The position numbers were made by a program, and so were the translations under genes. A stretch of DNA of 63,597 nucleotides, the filler included, from Halocafeteria seosinensis (taxonomy: Eukaryota): the NCBI GenBank assembly GCA_001687465.1. It is 9 parts of 9 records of this genome, joined end to end, with 100 filler letters (N's around TTAATTAATTAA, not from the genome) between each part and the next. Parts side by side here need not be neighbours in the genome. Positions count along the whole stretch, not along the records: positions 45,305 to 60,358 come from LVLI01000060.1; positions 60,459 to 63,597 come from LVLI01000062.1; 7 more parts are not named here. The stretch is one strand, 5' to 3'. This document shows positions 59,120-63,597 of the stretch, piece after piece (within the stretch, counting starts at the first letter, position 1; each line of letters begins with the position of its first letter). The notes under the pieces were generated by a model. The model saw nothing but the letters and a program-made list of their open reading frames with translations. It made no database searches and was not told the origin of the DNA.

Positions 59120-60458
59120 CGTTCTCCACCCATTGCAGCTCGATTTAGGTCCTTCTCAGCATCACTGTTCCCTTTTTATCCCATACATAACGTGCATTAT
59201 AGTCTAATCTACAATGGTGAAACGTAACACGTGCATGCATAAACTTTCTGTACTAATAATTTCTTTATAAACTGTGTTAACTCTGTGCTGGAGGAGACCG
59301 AACAATCAAATGCTTCAGAGAACCAGCCGGGGGCACCGATTTTTTAACCTGGGTTGACACCCCGGCCGGGCTTCAAGCCCGGATCCCCGGCCCGGGCTCC
59401 CTTCCCGGGAGACCTGCTGCAGCTACAGCTAGTTTCATCACTTGTATTTCATCACTTGTATAGGGTAATGTTCCCTAGGATATCTTATTCATAAAATAAG
59501 GAATGGAAGGAAGAATGTCGCGACAAAGTTTTAGTATTCATGAGGCACCGTCCTTGGTGTATGCCAGACGGAATTGGCCGGCGGAGTGCGCGAATGGAGG
59601 GTTGGATCTCTGTTACATACGAAATATTTGGTTTTGAAGGGGAACCTATGCCGATGAAAGTAAAGCGACTGCATAGAAGGTGGATGACACGTCGACCAGG
59701 TTGGGAAGTGCCCATGAGGAGTGGTGTACAAACTGAAGCACCGGGAGTCTGGAGGATCTATGTTAAAGTTAGAAATACAGGAACTATGTGGAACTACTAT
59801 TGAACTATTTGGAGCGATGATATGTGAAGGCGAGCAGAAGGATCCTCATTGTAAGTACGGATCTTTTGGAGATACAATGGAATGTAAGCTATCGATTCCT
59901 TAGGCAGGGAATACCGGGTGAGTCTCGCTCACCGAATCCGTAGCCTCTTCGTTATGAATATACCCTGGGGTCGGTAGATAAATAAATCACGGAACCGATT
60001 GGGAATGCACCGCTAAGCTCAGCAACTACAGTTCAGAATGACTCGATAGCCTGGAGGATCGGGAATTTGGAGAGAGTATTTGTGCGCACCCAGGGGGATG
60101 TCAACGCTACTAAGTTAGTGTAACATACCCTGCGCACCAATTGGATCCAAGAAGAATCAAGCTTGGGAATATGCCCTGGAATTGGTATACTTCCATTTGA
60201 TGTCTGACGATTATTCCTTGAAATTCTCAGATAGAAAAACAAGAGAGCGTTTAGGACCGAATGTGAGCTAACGATTCCTGGTAGTTGGGAAATAAGCTTT
60301 CCGAGTGTTCCTCCTCCACCGACTCTGTAGCCTCTTCGTTATGGATATGCCTTCGGGTNNNNNNNNNNNNNNNNNNNNNNNNNNNNNNNNNNNNNNNNNN
60401 NNTTAATTAATTAANNNNNNNNNNNNNNNNNNNNNNNNNNNNNNNNNNNNNNNNNNNN

Positions 60459-61183
60459 ATTTCTCCGCCTTCGGGGATATTGTCTTTAAATTTAGACAAA
60501 TCAATAATCTCTAGATTTTTATCGCGGAATCTTGATTCTTTTGGTTGAGTGTAATCAATAGCAAAGAAACTAAACTTTTCTTTGGTGTGTTCATCAACCA
60601 ATTTAAAGAATTGGTCTTTTGTTAAACCGTTGGAATGTTCTTTGAATATTTTTTCTCTTTCTTCATCTGGAAATTCGTATAGGATTAACATAGAACAGTT
60701 GATAGACCTAGATGAAGGGTTTAAATTCATATAATTTTGAGAGGTAAAAATTGTACTAACAAGACTTTCACGTCCATTCATAATAATCCTATCAATACCG
60801 TTATTCTTGTTTTTCTTTGACACATTAAAAGCGGTTAAATCTTCAAATATAAAGGCTGTCTCTTTGTGGTTTTGTTCTAATTCATCCATTATTTCATTCA
60901 CCTTATCATCATTATACTTTTTAAACAATTCCATATCAAAAGAGGGCTTTGTTTTATTGTGTTCGTCTTTCATTTGTGAAATTGTATCGGGTTTACCAGC
61001 CATTAGAATAACCCGTTTTAAAACTTTATTATACTCTTCAAATATTAAATTCATCATTAAATTTGTTTTACCGCTACCAGTTGCTCCAACTATACAAATA
61101 CGAAACGGAAAATGTAGGTCTTCAGAAATACTATATTTCTTCTCTTTTCCTTTGTTACGGTATACTTTCCAACGAGATGACAT
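60459..61183 (-). CDS. A32-like (FtsK/HerA) viral DNA-packaging ATPase
   Basis: PFRICIVGATGSGKT (Walker A), AFIFEDL (Walker B), NGRE..STIFTSQ, R.IN, FSFFAID. Confidence 0.9.
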
Positions 61184-61218
61184 TGTCTATATACTTAAGA
61201 GTATAAGTTTTAGTTGTT

Positions 61219-61989
61219 CTATTTTTTCATTGCTTTGTGTAGATTTTTAGCTATTGCTCCAACTGTCCTAAAATCTCCGTCCTGTCTTCTATATTGTGAT
61301 TCGTTAAGACCTCTATTTATAGATTCTCTAACTAAAACATTTTGAGGTAGCTGTTTTAACTGGTCTAGTGACATTTGGTCAATTCTGGGTAACTCTTCTA
61401 ATTCCTGTGATTGACCAGCTCCACTTTCTCCTTGTTTAGTTTCTTGTACAATATTTTCAGCTGAACCTTCCCCTACCCCTTGAAATGATTGGTTTAAATT
61501 AACTCTTGTATCTGACGGTTCACGACTCAGTGGGGTAAAAAACATTCCTGAAGGAGGGGTTCGTCTAATTGTTGTTGGTTGTCTAGCTGGAGTAAATTGT
61601 TCTGTTGATTGTTGTCTCGTTGAAACTTCTTCAATTAATGGTCTTGTATTTGTTGTTCTAGATGGAATACGAATTTGTTGTTGAGCCTGATTATGTCTTC
61701 GCATTGCTTCAATGGCGTTAGCATCTCTTGCGTTTTGGTTAACTGCTTGATTATTTCTACCTTTTTCTAGATTAGCTAAAGTTTCATTAACAATTGGTAA
61801 CTGACTCTCTGGAGGAAGTGAAGCGTTTGCTTTTTCAATTAAAGTTGAAAGAGGTTTATTAGCGTCTCCAGATTGAAATAATCCCAAACCCTGAAGTAGT
61901 TGAATAACTGTATCCCTATCAACTCTAGTCTGGTCAGTACGCATTTTATCAATGCTCTGAGTTAAGAAACTTCGTGTTAAGTCTTCCAT
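61219..61989 (-). CDS. Hypothetical viral protein (Gln/Thr-rich, possible C-terminal small helical domain)
   Basis: 256-aa intronless ORF tightly packed in the viral module. Confidence 0.7.
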   Translation of the reverse strand: MEDLTRSFLTQSIDKMRTDQTRVDRDTVIQLLQGLGLFQSGDANKPLSTLIEKANASLPPESQLPIVNETLANLEKGRNNQAVNQNARDANAIEAMRRHNQAQQQIRIPSRTTNTRPLIEEVSTRQQSTEQFTPARQPTTIRRTPPSGMFFTPLSREPSDTRVNLNQSFQGVGEGSAENIVQETKQGESGAGQSQELEELPRIDQMSLDQLKQLPQNVLVRESINRGLNESQYRRQDGDFRTVGAIAKNLHKAMKK

Positions 61990-61995
61990 TGGAGT

Positions 61996-62409
61996 TTACT
62001 TAGGAATAAACTTTTGTTGAAAATTAGGTATACTTTCAGGTTCTTCTGGTGTAAATCCAACGTTTGGTTCTAATACTTGACGAAGTGGAATTGGTAGTGG
62101 TTCATAACGTCCAATTTGAGAGACTGGACGTTGGTCTCTGGTTCCCTCATTCATTGCTTTTACGTGCCTTCTTTGAGGAGCAAAGGCTCTTCCCCCGCAA
62201 AATACAAAATCTTGTGGTTTTTTCCCACTTTGATAGTACGTTCTGGTAGGAAATTGTACACTATCCCGTTGTAAAGCATCAAACCTAGTTTTACGACCAA
62301 GAACGGGGTCTCTAAAACCCTTTAAAGGGTCGTTGTAAATCATATCAGCGTCCCTTCGTTCTCCAAAGTCAAAATGACCTGTTAGCGAGTTTTTAAAACT
62401 TGTTGCCAT
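61996..62409 (-). CDS. Hypothetical viral protein
   Basis: 137-aa ORF ending 6 bp before the next ATG; AT-rich upstream region. Confidence 0.7.
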   Translation of the reverse strand: MATSFKNSLTGHFDFGERRDADMIYNDPLKGFRDPVLGRKTRFDALQRDSVQFPTRTYYQSGKKPQDFVFCGGRAFAPQRRHVKAMNEGTRDQRPVSQIGRYEPLPIPLRQVLEPNVGFTPEEPESIPNFQQKFIPK

Positions 62410-62483
62410 TTTTATTATATATTAATTAAAGTCATTTTTAAAACTAGTTTAAACCAGTTTTAAAAGGTATTGAGTTTTGAAGC

Positions 62484-63597
62484 TTATTTACCAACCTTAA
62501 CCAAACTTTGAGCGTTGTTAACGATACGTTTATGAAGGACAAACAGAAGAAGTTGTTTTGTAGTAAAGTCAATACCATCAACGGGTGCTGGACTACCTAA
62601 TTTAGCTTCGTCATACTTTAATGAAAGTTGAATTTGACCAGCTCTTGAGTTTGTTTCAAGAGAATTACGTAAAACAGAAGCTGGGGCATCTCGTAGAATC
62701 TCAGTTGAAAGACATAAAGGAGTGTGATGTTTCTTAAAAGTTTCAAAATCAAGCATACCTTGACCTCCGACATCTGTAAGCATATTATAAAGTTTACGAT
62801 ATTGCTGGTAAGCTGTTTCTAATCCTCCAGATACTCCACCTCTCACCCCTATCTCTGTATTCTGAACCTGAACGTTGTAGGACTTTAAATCAGGTAAACC
62901 ACACTCATTAATATTATCATTATCTTTATTATCTGTTTTATCAACTACCATAGCAACTAACCCTTGGATATTGGACAATGGAGCAGTGATTACGAAAGAA
63001 TTCTCTTCAGCATTAATAAGTGGTTGAGTGATAACCTGAACTGTATCATCTAGAATCATTGTTAAACCGGTCTCACTCTCAGTTACACTTTGGTTAAGAC
63101 TATCAAGAATAGAGACATTGGGGTAAACTTGGTCAGCTAAAAATTTAATACTGTGAAGCTTATACTTTGGGTCACCAGTAGCTCCGGTTCTTGCTGGGTC
63201 CATAATTCTCTTAGCTGAAGGTAGTTTAATCTTAAATTCATATTCAAGCATACCGTGCTTAAAGTTAGAATTTCGGAAGAAACTTAAATGGTCAAGATGA
63301 ACTAATGCTTGAAATCGTTTTCCGTCATCGCTACGAATCCATTCAAGGTCTCTATTCTTCCAAATTCGTCTATCATTTGCTGTTCCTGTTGGGTCAGCTC
63401 CAGTTTCTATATATAAATCTGTATCACTTCTCCTTTCTCTTACATATTTATGACTATCGCTTCGGTATTTGTAGGATTTAAGTAACGCATTTGACTCCAT
63501 ATCGTAATGATTCTGACTAGNTGTTCCAAGAATTAAATGTTGACTCCATCTTGCTCCGTATTTCCCACTGGTTTCAATAACTTGATTACCTTGAAGA
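62484..63597 (-). CDS. Probable Polinton-like virus major capsid protein, 5'-truncated by window edge
   Basis: Frame open to the window end (LQGNQVIETSGKY...). YNVQVQN, ETAYQQY, LCLSTE..NSLETN..GQIQLSL..LLLFVLHKRIV..LVKV fit a double jelly-roll C-terminus; linked to the packaging ATPase. Confidence 0.7.
   Translation of the reverse strand, partial: LQGNQVIETSGKYGARWSQHLILGTXSQNHYDMESNALLKSYKYRSDSHKYVRERRSDTDLYIETGADPTGTANDRRIWKNRDLEWIRSDDGKRFQALVHLDHLSFFRNSNFKHGMLEYEFKIKLPSAKRIMDPARTGATGDPKYKLHSIKFLADQVYPNVSILDSLNQSVTESETGLTMILDDTVQVITQPLINAEENSFVITAPLSNIQGLVAMVVDKTDNKDNDNINECGLPDLKSYNVQVQNTEIGVRGGVSGGLETAYQQYRKLYNMLTDVGGQGMLDFETFKKHHTPLCLSTEILRDAPASVLRNSLETNSRAGQIQLSLKYDEAKLGSPAPVDGIDFTTKQLLLFVLHKRIVNNAQSLVKVGK

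Larger units (their letters stand above)
60459..63597 (-). mobile_element. Polinton-like virus/virophage-related morphogenesis module
   Basis: AT-rich, intronless, co-oriented MCP-ORF-ORF-ATPase cluster. Confidence 0.8.

Overview
Eukaryotic (protist-like, intron-containing) draft assembly. Nine contigs are joined by eight artificial 100-bp spacers (N44-TTAATTAATTAA-N44), so adjacency across spacers is not evidence. Housekeeping genes: CLPTM1, ALDH3-type aldehyde dehydrogenase, TMEM234, YOS1 and a giant SANT (NCoR/Snt1-like) protein. Accessory content: (i) an expanded family of intronless secreted Gly-rich GLUG-like proteins, one in frame with a MACPF-like/beta-trefoil/GTPase-like module and one bracketed by direct repeats; (ii) a spliced TPR protein whose near-identical 102-bp repeats vary almost only at ligand-binding positions, plus decayed TPR paralogues; (iii) Crinkler-type NTPase-REase fragments; (iv) two AT-rich virus-like segments, one with a Polinton-like-virus capsid/packaging ATPase module; (v) a head-to-tail APE-RT LINE, CRE-like retroelement relics, Helitron fragments and a small structured (TG)n-tailed retroposon. 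All family calls come from motifs read by eye; no searches were run.
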